This document shows, piece after piece, positions 19,876 to 30,098 of a stretch of DNA of 64,000 nt (its first letter is position 1; every line of letters begins with the position of its first letter). A program made the translations under genes and the position numbers. This stretch comes from Blastocatellia bacterium (GTDB lineage: Bacteria > Acidobacteriota > Blastocatellia > RBC074), in NCBI GenBank assembly GCA_046155785.1, contig JBJXFR010000191.1, positions 7,925-71,924 of the forward strand, read 5' to 3'. The notes beneath the pieces were generated by a model. It did no database searches. It was not told where the DNA came from and was given only the letters and a program-made list of their open reading frames with translations.

Positions 19876-20706
19876 TTACATTCTGACGATAACTTTTGTC
19901 AGCAGTTCGCAAAATTGCGCGCTGACGCGATGCCCCATCTCCATCACTTCGGCGTGATTGATCGGAGCGTCTTCGATCCCGGCGGCGGCGTTGGTAATGA
20001 GCGAAATGCCCAGCGTCTTCATTCCCATTTGCCTGGCCACAATGGCTTCCGGCACTGTGGACATTCCGACAGCGTCCGCGCCAAGCAATCGCATCATTCT
20101 GATTTCCGCCGGAGTTTCGTAGTTCGGCCCTTGCAACGACATATAAACGCCTTCGCTCAATCGAAGCTTCAATTCCGCAGCGGCTTCTTTGGCAATTTGG
20201 CGATAGTCTTTGGAATAGACCTCGCTCATATCCGGGAAACGCGCGCCCAAGCGGTCATCGTGTTGGCCACGCAGCGGGCTTTTCATCATCAAGTTGATGT
20301 GGTCGCTGATTAACATCAAATCACCGGCTTTGAAATTTTCATTCACTCCACCAGCAGCGTTGGTCAACACCAGCTTTTTGACGCCCATCGCGTTAAAGGC
20401 GCGAATCGGCAGCGTCACTTCGTCCAGCGAATAACCTTCATAATAATGAAACCGCCCCTGCATCACGGCGATGTTGGTTCCAGTCCCCGCCAGTTTGCCG
20501 ACGACCAATCGCCCGGAATGGCCTTCGACCGTTGAACGCGCGAAGTCAGGAATCTCTTCGTAAGGCACAATCGTCGCGTCTTCCAGTGTTTCAGCAAACG
20601 CTCCCAAGCCAGAACCGAGCACTGCCGCGACATCAACATCCGCGTTGATGCGTTCACGAATGAAGCGCGCCGAAGTTTGCGCGCGATCAAAAATCGAACT
20701 TGTCAT
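19876..20706 (-). CDS. purine nucleoside phosphorylase (trimeric PNP-I family)
   Basis: GRFHYYEGY and LTNAAGG motifs are present. ATG 20706 is preceded by AAGAGGG. Confidence 0.88.
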   Translation of the reverse strand: MTSSIFDRAQTSARFIRERINADVDVAAVLGSGLGAFAETLEDATIVPYEEIPDFARSTVEGHSGRLVVGKLAGTGTNIAVMQGRFHYYEGYSLDEVTLPIRAFNAMGVKKLVLTNAAGGVNENFKAGDLMLISDHINLMMKSPLRGQHDDRLGARFPDMSEVYSKDYRQIAKEAAAELKLRLSEGVYMSLQGPNYETPAEIRMMRLLGADAVGMSTVPEAIVARQMGMKTLGISLITNAAAGIEDAPINHAEVMEMGHRVSAQFCELLTKVIVRM

Positions 20707-20743
20707 TAACCCTCTTTTCAAAATCACGTTCGTAATTTGAACG

Positions 20744-21673
20744 CTACTCTTTCACGTAAGCCACGCCCAACGCTTTTGGTGGATCAGCCCGGCGAATCAG
20801 CCCGGCCAGCATCACCATCGTCAGCACGTAAGGAATCATCATCACAAATTGATTAGGAATGTTGACGTTGCCCTGCATACGAATCGAAACCGCTTCGGCA
20901 AAGCCGAACAACAAACAAGCCATCAACGCCCCCACCGGATGCCATTTGCCAAAGATCAAAGCAGCCAGCGCAATGAAACCTCGCCCGGCAGTCATGTTCC
21001 GTGTGAACTGAGAGCTTTGGCCGATTGAAAGATAAGCTCCACCCAGAGCGGCCAGCGCGCCTGAAATCAAAACTCCGGCGTAACGCATTCGGCGAACGTT
21101 TACGCCTGCCGTGTCCGCCGCTTCGGGGTTTTCGCCGACGGCTCTGAGCCGCAGCCCAAATCGAGTTCGATAAAGGACGTAAACCGAAAGACCCGCGATC
21201 AAAAACGCCAGATAAACAATCGGCTTCTGATTGAACACCGACGACAGCATCGGCGACGAATCAGGATTGAAAAACATCACATCCGGCAACACTTCGTCTT
21301 TGGTCAACTGCCGAGTCGCCCCGGTTGATTCAAACAAAGCTCCTGACAACAAAGCCGGTACGCCGAGAAACAAAATGTTGATCGCCGTTCCGCTGACCAC
21401 TTGATCGGCTTTGAAATTGATCGTCGCCACAGCGTGCAGCGCAGCAACCAACATCCCCGCCGCTACTGCCGCCAGGACTCCAATCAGCGAACTGTGCGTG
21501 AACACGGTTACTGCGGCGGCAGTGAACGCTCCGGCCAGCATCATTCCTTCCAGAGCGATGTTGATGACTCCGCTGCGTTCGGAATACAGCCCGCCCAGCG
21601 CAGCCAGAATCAACGGCGTAGACAACCGAATCGTCGAAGCAATCAGCGTGTAGTTGAAAATGTCTCTGAGCAT
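20744..21673 (-). CDS. ABC transporter permease (BMP/nucleoside family, YufQ/NupQ-like)
   Basis: 309 aa with TPLILAALGGLYSERSGVINIALEGMML, typical of this permease family. Confidence 0.8.
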   Translation of the reverse strand: MLRDIFNYTLIASTIRLSTPLILAALGGLYSERSGVINIALEGMMLAGAFTAAAVTVFTHSSLIGVLAAVAAGMLVAALHAVATINFKADQVVSGTAINILFLGVPALLSGALFESTGATRQLTKDEVLPDVMFFNPDSSPMLSSVFNQKPIVYLAFLIAGLSVYVLYRTRFGLRLRAVGENPEAADTAGVNVRRMRYAGVLISGALAALGGAYLSIGQSSQFTRNMTAGRGFIALAALIFGKWHPVGALMACLLFGFAEAVSIRMQGNVNIPNQFVMMIPYVLTMVMLAGLIRRADPPKALGVAYVKE

Positions 21674-21682
21674 GCCAAACCT

Positions 21683-23173
21683 CTATTTGACCTTCTTGCC
21701 TTCCAAAACCTGCCCGCTGCCGAAATGCACTGTCACGCCAGTGACCGCGCCTTGACCGTCTTTTTTGAAAACTATTCGGATGTTTTGCGTCATAGGGAAA
21801 AATTCTGTTTCCGACATCGCCAGCAACTCATCTTTCCCGCCGCCCGGAGGCTGAAAGTAAAGCTTGTTGTTTTCAGTCGTAACAACCACCTTGCCGTTGG
21901 CTTCGTATTCGCCGACATAAGCTTTGAAGATTTCCGGGTTGACCTTGACCACGGCGCGTTCGACGGGTTTGAAATCCGGCCAGCCGTATTCGCGGGCGAT
22001 GCTGCGAAAGATTTCCGAAGCCAGTTGACCGCCTAAATCTCCGTTGGTCATGACCACTGCGCCTTGGCCGGTTTCACTGTAAGCGAACAGGTTGCATTTG
22101 AAACCTTCGTTTGAACCACCGTGACTGAAACTGGATTTGCTACCTTCGCCTCCAACGCCAATGCCCAAGCCGTAATCACCCGACTGTTTCGTCAACATCT
22201 GAGCAATCATTGTTTGTGACAACACCTTGTTCGATTTTCCAGCTTTCGACTGTTGAATCTCGATGGCGAATTTGGCCAGGTCGGTGGGAGTCGTCCACAA
22301 CCCTGCGGCGGCCATTTCGGGGTAAGTGTGAGATTGGCCTTTGACGATTTCTCCGTTGGCGCGATGGCCTATTGCAGCTTTAGCCGTTTTGTTGGCTGGC
22401 AGCGGCTGTTCGAAGGTGCTGTTCTTCATTCCGATTTTGCCCAACACCGACTCTTGCATCAACTCCGGAAACGGTTTCCCAGAAACTTCGGTCATCAACA
22501 ACTGCATCACCGTGATGCCGCCGCCGGAATAGCGCCACAAACTGCCGGGCTTTACGTTGACGCGAACGGCAGCAGAGTTCGCAGGCTTTTCGCCATCCAA
22601 CACCTGAACAGTTGCCGGAACCGATTCGCCAACTGCGTAGCCACGGAAACCGTGAACAGTCAGCCCTGCACTGTGGCTGGCCAATCGGCGCAAAGTCACT
22701 TTCTGCTCTTTGGTGAAATCGTTTTCCGGCACTTTCCAGGATTTGAGCTTGGCGTTCACGTCTTCGTCCAGCGTCAGCAGTCCCTTTTCAACCAGCCTCA
22801 ACATTCCCATTGCCGCAACCGGCTTGCTGATCGAAGCCGCCTGAAACATCGTGTCGGCAGTCACTGGAATCGAGCCGCCAACTTCTGTCACACCATAACC
22901 TTTCGCCCATTCGATTTTGCCGTCGTTGATGACGGCGACGCTGACGCCCGGAACTTTGTAATGCTTCATTCGGTCGGCAATCGTCATCGCAGCGGTTTGA
23001 TCTTTGATGACGACGGCTGCCAGCAATCCGCTTTCGACGCTAGCGATGCGCTCGGCAACCGAAGGCTTCGCCTGGCTGGCAGCATATAGCCGTGATTTTT
23101 GAGGCGAGTGCCCAGCCATGCCGCCAACCAACAACGCCAGACAGACAAATAAACGGAGGTTAAGATTTTTCAT
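21683..23173 (-). CDS. secreted serine hydrolase (class C beta-lactamase/DD-peptidase family)
   Basis: 496 aa with a signal peptide, an SxxK motif (ASISKPV) and a C-terminal extra beta domain. Confidence 0.8.
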   Translation of the reverse strand: MKNLNLRLFVCLALLVGGMAGHSPQKSRLYAASQAKPSVAERIASVESGLLAAVVIKDQTAAMTIADRMKHYKVPGVSVAVINDGKIEWAKGYGVTEVGGSIPVTADTMFQAASISKPVAAMGMLRLVEKGLLTLDEDVNAKLKSWKVPENDFTKEQKVTLRRLASHSAGLTVHGFRGYAVGESVPATVQVLDGEKPANSAAVRVNVKPGSLWRYSGGGITVMQLLMTEVSGKPFPELMQESVLGKIGMKNSTFEQPLPANKTAKAAIGHRANGEIVKGQSHTYPEMAAAGLWTTPTDLAKFAIEIQQSKAGKSNKVLSQTMIAQMLTKQSGDYGLGIGVGGEGSKSSFSHGGSNEGFKCNLFAYSETGQGAVVMTNGDLGGQLASEIFRSIAREYGWPDFKPVERAVVKVNPEIFKAYVGEYEANGKVVVTTENNKLYFQPPGGGKDELLAMSETEFFPMTQNIRIVFKKDGQGAVTGVTVHFGSGQVLEGKKVK

Positions 23174-23202
23174 TTTGAGTTCCTTTCTTCGTCAGCCGAG
23201 AC

Positions 23203-24300
23203 TTACGCGCTGCTGACGGTTTTACGCAGAATCATTCGACGGAACATAGCTTCCATCGCTACGAACAAAATGATGATGCCTTGCAGAACCTGAACCAGGT
23301 CTTTCGATACATGGTCGGTAAAAATGTCCACGAACAATCCGCCGCGATTCAGCGCGCCAAACAGAATTGCCGCCAGCACAACTCCTACGGGATGATTCCG
23401 CCCCAACAGCGCGACGGCGATTCCGGCAAAGCCATATCCCGGCGAAAATCCATCGTAGTAACGATAGCGATAACCCAGCACTTCGCCTATGCCCACCATT
23501 CCAGCCAAACCGCCCGACAAAGCCATCGCCAAAATTATCTGCCGCTGCACGCTAATGCCGCCGTATTCCGCCGCCGAAGGGTTTTGGCCAACGGCGCGAA
23601 CTTCGTAACCCCACTTCGTTTTCCACAAGAAAACCCAAACCAGAAAACAGGTCAGCAGCGCAATCAGAAAAGCTACGCTGAGCGGAATGCGCGATGGAAA
23701 ATTGATGCCCAGCGGCGATAGCAAAGTCGAAAAGCGCGCGATCTGAGCCTGATCGGCAATCGTCTTGGTTTGCATAATCGGGTCGCCGGTCACTTTGTAG
23801 CGGCTCTGAGTCAAATAGCTGACCAAACCGACCGCGATGAAATTCAGCATGATCGTGTTGATGACTTCGTGCGAACCGAAGCGCGCTTTCAAAACTCCGG
23901 GAATGGCTCCCCAAAAAGCTCCTGCCAGCATCGCAGCCAACATCGCCATCGGAATCAACGCCCAGCCAGACCAGCCGTCAAACGTAAAACCAATCCACGC
24001 CGCCGCAAAAGCTCCGACAGTCAATTGCCCTTCCGCTCCGATGTTCAGCAATCCGCACTTGAACGCCAGCGAAACCGCCAACCCGGTGAAGATCAATGGC
24101 GTCGCGTAAAACAGCGTGTAACCCCAATTGTCCCAAGTGAAATTGCCCATCGCGTCAAACAACCCGAACGCGCTGGAAATCAGCAGCCGATACACGGTGA
24201 AAGGATTATCGCCAATTGCCAACACCACCACGCCACCTATGACAAACGCGGCTAGCACAGCAATCAACGGGAAGAGGAGTTCTCGGAAGAGTGTTTTCAT
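23203..24300 (-). CDS. ABC transporter permease (BMP/nucleoside family, YufP/NupP-like)
   Basis: 365 aa polytopic protein from the same family as 20744-21673. Confidence 0.8.
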   Translation of the reverse strand: MKTLFRELLFPLIAVLAAFVIGGVVVLAIGDNPFTVYRLLISSAFGLFDAMGNFTWDNWGYTLFYATPLIFTGLAVSLAFKCGLLNIGAEGQLTVGAFAAAWIGFTFDGWSGWALIPMAMLAAMLAGAFWGAIPGVLKARFGSHEVINTIMLNFIAVGLVSYLTQSRYKVTGDPIMQTKTIADQAQIARFSTLLSPLGINFPSRIPLSVAFLIALLTCFLVWVFLWKTKWGYEVRAVGQNPSAAEYGGISVQRQIILAMALSGGLAGMVGIGEVLGYRYRYYDGFSPGYGFAGIAVALLGRNHPVGVVLAAILFGALNRGGLFVDIFTDHVSKDLVQVLQGIIILFVAMEAMFRRMILRKTVSSA

Positions 24301-24304
24301 AGTC

Positions 24305-27034
24305 TCAATGCCCTGGGCCGAAAAAGACTGCGTTCAAAAACATCACGTTCAATCCGTCCATAAACGCGCGATAGTTGGGGTCTTCAGCAAAGCCGACAAC
24401 ATTGCCACGTCCGACGCGCGAGTGCATCAGGTAAGCCTTGTTCGGAATTTGTTTGCGGGCGTCGTCCCACATAAAGCCGCTGGCAAAGAACTTGTCTTCC
24501 GGCAGATAGACGGCGACGTTCGTGCCTCTGTCCAATTTGACCAGCGAGAAGATACGATTGCTGTCCGTCATCACAGTCGTTGTTTCGCCGTAGCCAAATC
24601 CCAGCCAATGCGAGTTGTTCACACGAACGCGCAAAATCGCTCCCGAAGTCGAACTGGGGAATTCGTCGGCAGGTTCGATGGCTTTTTCAACGGGGTCGGC
24701 TTTGACAGCTTCCTCTTTTTTCTCAGCCTTGGGATCTATCTTCTCTCGTTTTTCTCGCTTGGTGGCCAACAGATTTACTTTCTCATCGGCCAGCCAAGTC
24801 GTTGCGCCACCGATGCCAATCAAGGTTCCGCCGCGCTGCACCCATTCGCGCAAGCTGGTTCCGTCGCCGAGTTGCGCCGTATAACCAGCAAAAGTGTCCG
24901 GCAGAATCAGCACGTTGTAACGGCTCAAGTCTGCGATGCGAAGCTGATCCGCGCGAATCGTCGTCACCGGATAACCGTAACGCTGTTCGATCAAATACCG
25001 CAGCCAGCCGACCGAACCGCCGGAAACCGGTTGGTTGTAAGCAATTGCCACTCGCGGTCGCGGCAGGTAATTCACGTTGGAACTGCCAAAATTCGGTCCG
25101 TCTTCGACCCAGGCCGTGTCAGTCGGATAAACGTCAACGCCGTGGTCAGCCGCCAGTTTCGTCATTCGTTCGTGCAGGTTTGCCGGATTGTCTTTCAGCT
25201 TGACGACCAATGTTCCGGCGGGAAAATTAGTCCCGTTCAGCTTGAAGCCTTTGTCGTAACTGTGAACTCGCACGTCTTGCCGGAATAAATCTGCCAACGC
25301 CGCCGCGGCCGATTGAGTTCCCCAGGCAATTAAGTAAGCCAGTTTCGCCTGCCCGCCCCGCAATTGGCCTTGAGGCTGAAGCAGAACCAGGCTATTAGCA
25401 CGCTCGCCCGGCTTCGGGCCTGATAGCGTCAATGTGCTGAACTGCCCTATCGAAACCTGCTCGGCAACGTAACAGGGCACGTCGAACAGCAGCGGCAGCG
25501 ACCATCCGGTCACGTCGTAAAACTCTTCGTTCTGGCGCAGCTTGTTGCGGCGGCGCTGTTCGTCCAGAAACTCTTTGTCCTGATCGGTCTGTTTGTCCAT
25601 CAGCGTTTTCAGCAAACGCTTGGCCGGTTGATCCAGCGAAAGGATGAAGCTGCCCGCCGGAAAATCGCGCGGCTGCAATTGGCCTTCGCCGTAATCGCGC
25701 GTCTTCGGATTGCTGAATGTGGCGTCGGCGCGTTTCACTTCAATGCCCGACATCATCAGCGTCGCAGCCCTTCTGGCTGCACGATTCGGATCGTTGCCCG
25801 GAGCGATGATGTATTCCTTGATCGTTCCGCTCTTCCCTTCTTCAACAGCGGTGCGGCGATGATCGTAAAAATGCCGCAGCAGGGCTTCGCGGTTTTTCGC
25901 CGTGCTTTCAATTGTCGCCAGCGCAGCGACGAAATGATGCTGCACCGAATCGCGATAGTGCATTGTCGTTTCGTCGTCTCGCCGAGCCAGCAAGCCACGC
26001 ACGCTTGCCTGTTCGTAAGTCATCCCAATCGAGCCGTGAAACAGCGGCCAGCCTTCGCCGTACCCGGGATAAAACGAGTCGTAGCCTTCGCGCGTGAAGT
26101 AATCGAATTTGAATTTGTCGAACCAGGCGGCGTTGTTGCGGCCAATCCGGTTGAGCCAATCAAGCTGAGCTTTAGTCAAGTTCGGATTCCAGGGCAAGGC
26201 AGGCGGCGCGAAGTAAAAGCTGCTGTTGGTTCCCATTTCATGCTGGTCGGCGACGACTTGGGGAAACCATTCCAGATAAATTTTCGTGCGTCCGCGAGTT
26301 TCCGGCTGGGATTGAGTGAACCAATCGCGGTTCATGTCGAACAGGTAATGATTCGTTCTGCCGCCCGGCCAGACTTCGTTGTGTTCTGCTGATTGCAAAT
26401 CGGCGTCGGGAAAGCGGCCTACGTTTTGGCGAAAGTAATTGATGAAGCGGTCGCGCCCGTCGGGGTTTTGCATCGGGTCAATCAATACGATGGAGTTTTT
26501 CATCGCCGCCGTCACAACTTCATCACCCTGAGCCGCCAGCAAGTGATAAGCCGTCATCAAGGCCGAATCCACGCTGGAAATTTCGTTGCCGTGAACTCCG
26601 CAAATCAACCAAACCGTCGAAGGCAACGAAGCTATCAACAAGTTGGCTTCGTTGGCAGTGATTTTTCGCGGGTCGGCCAGTTTTTGCATCCCGGCTTTGA
26701 TTTCATCCAGCTTGGCAATGTTCGCGGCTGAGCCAATGGCCATAACGTACAACGAACGGCCTTCCCAGGTTTCGGCGTACTTGACGACCTTGATCCGAGA
26801 ACCGGCAGCTTGCTGCAAAGCCGTCATGTACTTTTCGGCTTCATGGTGCATGGTGATTTTTTCGCCGATGTCGTGGCCTACAACTTTTTTCAAGGTCGGA
26901 ATTGCCGGGTCGTATTTCGCGCCGGGCAAAAGCTCAAAGCCTTGCGCCCAAACCGCGCCGGTTAACATCAAAAAACAAATAGCAGCAGAGGCCGAACGCA
27001 GGCCGGAAAGTTGAATCACAGTAGATGTCTCCAT
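24305..27034 (-). CDS. M14 family zinc carboxypeptidase, large secreted form
   Basis: About 909 aa from ATG 27034 (METSTVIQL...AVWAQG signal). It carries the M14 HxxE motif (CGVHGNEISS). Confidence 0.8.
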   Translation of the reverse strand: METSTVIQLSGLRSASAAICFLMLTGAVWAQGFELLPGAKYDPAIPTLKKVVGHDIGEKITMHHEAEKYMTALQQAAGSRIKVVKYAETWEGRSLYVMAIGSAANIAKLDEIKAGMQKLADPRKITANEANLLIASLPSTVWLICGVHGNEISSVDSALMTAYHLLAAQGDEVVTAAMKNSIVLIDPMQNPDGRDRFINYFRQNVGRFPDADLQSAEHNEVWPGGRTNHYLFDMNRDWFTQSQPETRGRTKIYLEWFPQVVADQHEMGTNSSFYFAPPALPWNPNLTKAQLDWLNRIGRNNAAWFDKFKFDYFTREGYDSFYPGYGEGWPLFHGSIGMTYEQASVRGLLARRDDETTMHYRDSVQHHFVAALATIESTAKNREALLRHFYDHRRTAVEEGKSGTIKEYIIAPGNDPNRAARRAATLMMSGIEVKRADATFSNPKTRDYGEGQLQPRDFPAGSFILSLDQPAKRLLKTLMDKQTDQDKEFLDEQRRRNKLRQNEEFYDVTGWSLPLLFDVPCYVAEQVSIGQFSTLTLSGPKPGERANSLVLLQPQGQLRGGQAKLAYLIAWGTQSAAAALADLFRQDVRVHSYDKGFKLNGTNFPAGTLVVKLKDNPANLHERMTKLAADHGVDVYPTDTAWVEDGPNFGSSNVNYLPRPRVAIAYNQPVSGGSVGWLRYLIEQRYGYPVTTIRADQLRIADLSRYNVLILPDTFAGYTAQLGDGTSLREWVQRGGTLIGIGGATTWLADEKVNLLATKREKREKIDPKAEKKEEAVKADPVEKAIEPADEFPSSTSGAILRVRVNNSHWLGFGYGETTTVMTDSNRIFSLVKLDRGTNVAVYLPEDKFFASGFMWDDARKQIPNKAYLMHSRVGRGNVVGFAEDPNYRAFMDGLNVMFLNAVFFGPGH

Positions 27035-27107
27035 GAATTGAATTTGAACGCGAATTGGCCAGTGAAGTAACACGCGCTCTTACATGCGTCAAGCATTCAA
27101 ACACGCA

Positions 27108-27557
27108 TCAACCGTCAACGCGGTGAACACGAACGCTGTACTTCTGAAAGTCCACTGACCCGTTGCCGCCTCCGGCAATTAACAGCGTCAGCGACATGCC
27201 CAGCAGGGCCAATGTGTATTCAAACCCGCCAGTGTTCAGAAAAAATCCATTTTTCCAATGCACTCCTGCCATGGCTACCCCCATGACACAGGCCAGCATG
27301 AACGCGCCAATTCGAGTCATAAATCCGAACATCACCATTATTCCGCCTGCGAATTCGGCAGCCGCGGCCAATCCCATCCACAACCAGGAAGGCCGCAAGC
27401 CCAAAGGCGCAGAGCCATCCACCCAAGCCGCCAACCCTCGTCCGCCCCACAAACCAAATAATTTTTGGGATCCGTGAGCAAAGAAGATCACTCCCAGCGC
27501 CAACCGCAGCGGCAACAAAGCCCAGGTATTCGTAGTTGCAGTCAAACGTCCTATCAT
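27108..27557 (-). CDS. DoxX family membrane protein
   Basis: 149 aa with four helices and an FAHGSQKLFG motif. Confidence 0.8.
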   Translation of the reverse strand: MIGRLTATTNTWALLPLRLALGVIFFAHGSQKLFGLWGGRGLAAWVDGSAPLGLRPSWLWMGLAAAAEFAGGIMVMFGFMTRIGAFMLACVMGVAMAGVHWKNGFFLNTGGFEYTLALLGMSLTLLIAGGGNGSVDFQKYSVRVHRVDG

Positions 27558-27577
27558 TTTTACTCCGAAAATTTATC

Positions 27578-27644
27578 CCACGAAGACATGCGAAGAAGAC
27601 ACAAAGAAAAAGCGCCTGAGTGGTTTCTTCGTGTGTCTTCGTGG
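27578..27644. repeat. module A inverted pair (hairpin)
   Basis: CCACGAAGACATGCGAAGAA (27578-27597) pairs with TTCTTCGTGTGTCTTCGTGG (27625-27644) at 18 of 20 positions. It lies between the GH10 stop and the DoxX start. Confidence 0.8.
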
Positions 27645-27663
27645 ACGGTTTCTTGTTTCACTT

Positions 27664-30057
27664 TCATTGACCAATCTGACGCGGTTGATCGCGTCGAATC
27701 GGCGAACGCGGCGCAGCCACATCCAGCGTGACGGTGACTTCGCCGGACTGGTCCAGCTCCGCCGTAATTGTTTGAGTAACGCGCCCATACACCGCCGTCA
27801 CGTTGTACGCGCCTTTGAAACCGCGCATGGCAAAGCGGCCCGTCGCGTTGCTGACGCCGCTGGCGTTCGTCCACCATTCGCGGAACAGAAGATCGTTGTA
27901 AACCAGCGCGTTTGGCTTTGACGACCAGTCTGAACGGTACATTGCGCCCAACGGCAACCAATGCGATTTCTCCCAAAATCCCCACATCAAAAAGTCAGTG
28001 AACTTCGGCTGGCTGAAAATCATAGTCATCACATCGCGCGTGTATTCGGCCTGCAACTCTTCGTCAGCCAGATTGATGTCGAATTCAGTCACTGCCAGTT
28101 GCACCGGCAGAGTCGAAAATCGTTCGATGATCGTTTGCAGCAATGCTGGTGGAGTAATGCTGCCGAAATGCCCTTGCAGCCCAACCCCGTCCACCGGAGC
28201 GTCGTTGTTCAACATCCATTTGGTCAATTCATACAAATAGTTTTGATGATTCACATTCGCCCCGCCCGCAGCCAGAATGTCGTAATCGTTTACGAACAAT
28301 TTCGATTGCGGGTCCAGATTTCTGGCCAGTTGAAACCAGCGAATGATTTCCGCATTGCCCAGCTTGCCGTTCGATTGCGGAGTGGCGCCGACAGCGATGC
28401 GGCCTTGAATATCGTAATTCGTGTACGGTTCGTTGACCACATCCCATTGGTAACATTTGCCACCCGCGTTTTCCGGTTTCAGGATATCGGCGAATCGCTG
28501 GTCAATGCGCGCCTTCAACGCATCGCCTGTCAAGTTGCGAACGTTAGAAGGCAAGTTGTCATTGCTCGGCCAGATCAAATTGTGGCCACGCACTGGTAAG
28601 TTATGAGCTTTCAACCAGGTGAAAGCATCCATCGTCGCTTGCCGATTCCACGATTGCCAGTCTTCCCAGAAAGGCCATTTCAGATCGTTTTCCAGCACAG
28701 TCGTCGTGAAATGCGAAGACACGCGCGAACGATACTGCTCACGGTCAGCCGCAGTTTGCCCGTTGCCAGCCAACAATTGAGCCGTCACCGCTGAACCGAA
28801 CTTGAACGCATGATCGGTTTGTTGAACGAAAACCAACGCGCCAGGCAAAGCGTTCCCGTCTCGATCCACAACCCGAACATTCAGCTCGCCTTTGCGAATC
28901 TGGTTGATGCGCTCAGTCGCCGCCACTCGCCACGGAGCATTCGCTTCACCGCGTCCGGGGTAATAATACTCAGTCTTGAATTGAGCCAGGCTGACCGTTT
29001 GGCCGTAATTGTTCAAAGCGATTCCGCCAACCTCGAATTTCTGCGGCCCGTAAGCGAATTGGAAAATCAGATTGACCTGCCCTGCGGCAAACGTGTCATG
29101 AGCTTTGAACGGAAATTGATAAAAACGCCATTCGCTGTTGTCGGTTGGAAAATTGACGTTGATGGCTTTGTCGTAAGGGCTGGCTCCGCGTTCAAAAACC
29201 ACTTGCCCGCGAATCGTCGCGTTGCCGCCGGGTTCCAGCTTGCGCGCCCAAAACGACAGCAACAACACATCGCCTTTGGTCACTGCCGAAGCCGAATTCC
29301 ATCCCATCGCCGAATTGTAGACAAACGCTGAATCTCCGCCAGTTGAAATCTGTATGGCTTGGGAAAAGCTTTGACCGTTGACGCTGACGACCGACGCCGC
29401 CCCGCCGACTTGTTGATCGAAGTAGCGGAAAAAAGCGCTGATAGGATTGGCTGGCAACACTGAAACCGGCTCGACCGTGACGGGCGGAATTCGCCCCAGA
29501 TTGACCAAACCGATTCCGCCAATTTCAAAGGTCTGCGGCCCGTGCGCGAAATGAAACACCAGTTGCGCTTCGCCCGCCGCGTAACTCGCCGCCGCCTTGA
29601 ACGGCAGGCTGTATTTCGTCCAAGTCTGGCTGTCGCAGGGGAAAGTCGTGTGCAGCGATTTCATCGCCGAGGCGTCCGTTTTTTCAAAACCGACAAAGCC
29701 TCGGATGTTGTGGCCATCCAGTGGCGCAATCTTTCTGACCCACAGCGTCAATTGCAGATTGTCGCCTTGAGCCACTGGCTGCGCGGTGCGAAAAACCAAT
29801 CCGGCGTCGTCAGTTTTCGCCGAAGTTCCGCCGACCGTTACCCGATAGCCTTGAGTAAACGATTGCCCGCTGACCAAAACAGGGGCGACTTTCGCATTCG
29901 CTCCAACATCGCCGCTGAAACCGTAAATGTCGCTCGGCAAAACCGGAGTCCCTGATTGCGCCAACGCCGCCAACGACAAAAGACAAACGAGCAAAAGCGC
30001 GTTGCCAAGGTGAGCGCAAAGAAACTTCCGCCTAAAACTTCGAGTTGAAATTCGCAT
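27664..30057 (-). CDS. GH10 endo-1,4-beta-xylanase with N-terminal CBM-like modules and C-terminal CarboxypepD_reg-like domain
   Basis: GH10 motifs are present (GHNLIWPS, WDVVNEP, VTEFDI). I chose ATG 30057 (MRISTRSF...signal). The track start at 30111 lies inside a repeat. Confidence 0.88.
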   Translation of the reverse strand: MRISTRSFRRKFLCAHLGNALLLVCLLSLAALAQSGTPVLPSDIYGFSGDVGANAKVAPVLVSGQSFTQGYRVTVGGTSAKTDDAGLVFRTAQPVAQGDNLQLTLWVRKIAPLDGHNIRGFVGFEKTDASAMKSLHTTFPCDSQTWTKYSLPFKAAASYAAGEAQLVFHFAHGPQTFEIGGIGLVNLGRIPPVTVEPVSVLPANPISAFFRYFDQQVGGAASVVSVNGQSFSQAIQISTGGDSAFVYNSAMGWNSASAVTKGDVLLLSFWARKLEPGGNATIRGQVVFERGASPYDKAINVNFPTDNSEWRFYQFPFKAHDTFAAGQVNLIFQFAYGPQKFEVGGIALNNYGQTVSLAQFKTEYYYPGRGEANAPWRVAATERINQIRKGELNVRVVDRDGNALPGALVFVQQTDHAFKFGSAVTAQLLAGNGQTAADREQYRSRVSSHFTTTVLENDLKWPFWEDWQSWNRQATMDAFTWLKAHNLPVRGHNLIWPSNDNLPSNVRNLTGDALKARIDQRFADILKPENAGGKCYQWDVVNEPYTNYDIQGRIAVGATPQSNGKLGNAEIIRWFQLARNLDPQSKLFVNDYDILAAGGANVNHQNYLYELTKWMLNNDAPVDGVGLQGHFGSITPPALLQTIIERFSTLPVQLAVTEFDINLADEELQAEYTRDVMTMIFSQPKFTDFLMWGFWEKSHWLPLGAMYRSDWSSKPNALVYNDLLFREWWTNASGVSNATGRFAMRGFKGAYNVTAVYGRVTQTITAELDQSGEVTVTLDVAAPRSPIRRDQPRQIGQ

Positions 30058-30098
30058 AGACCTTTTTCGAGTTATAGATTTTGAGAAAACGCTTTTTG

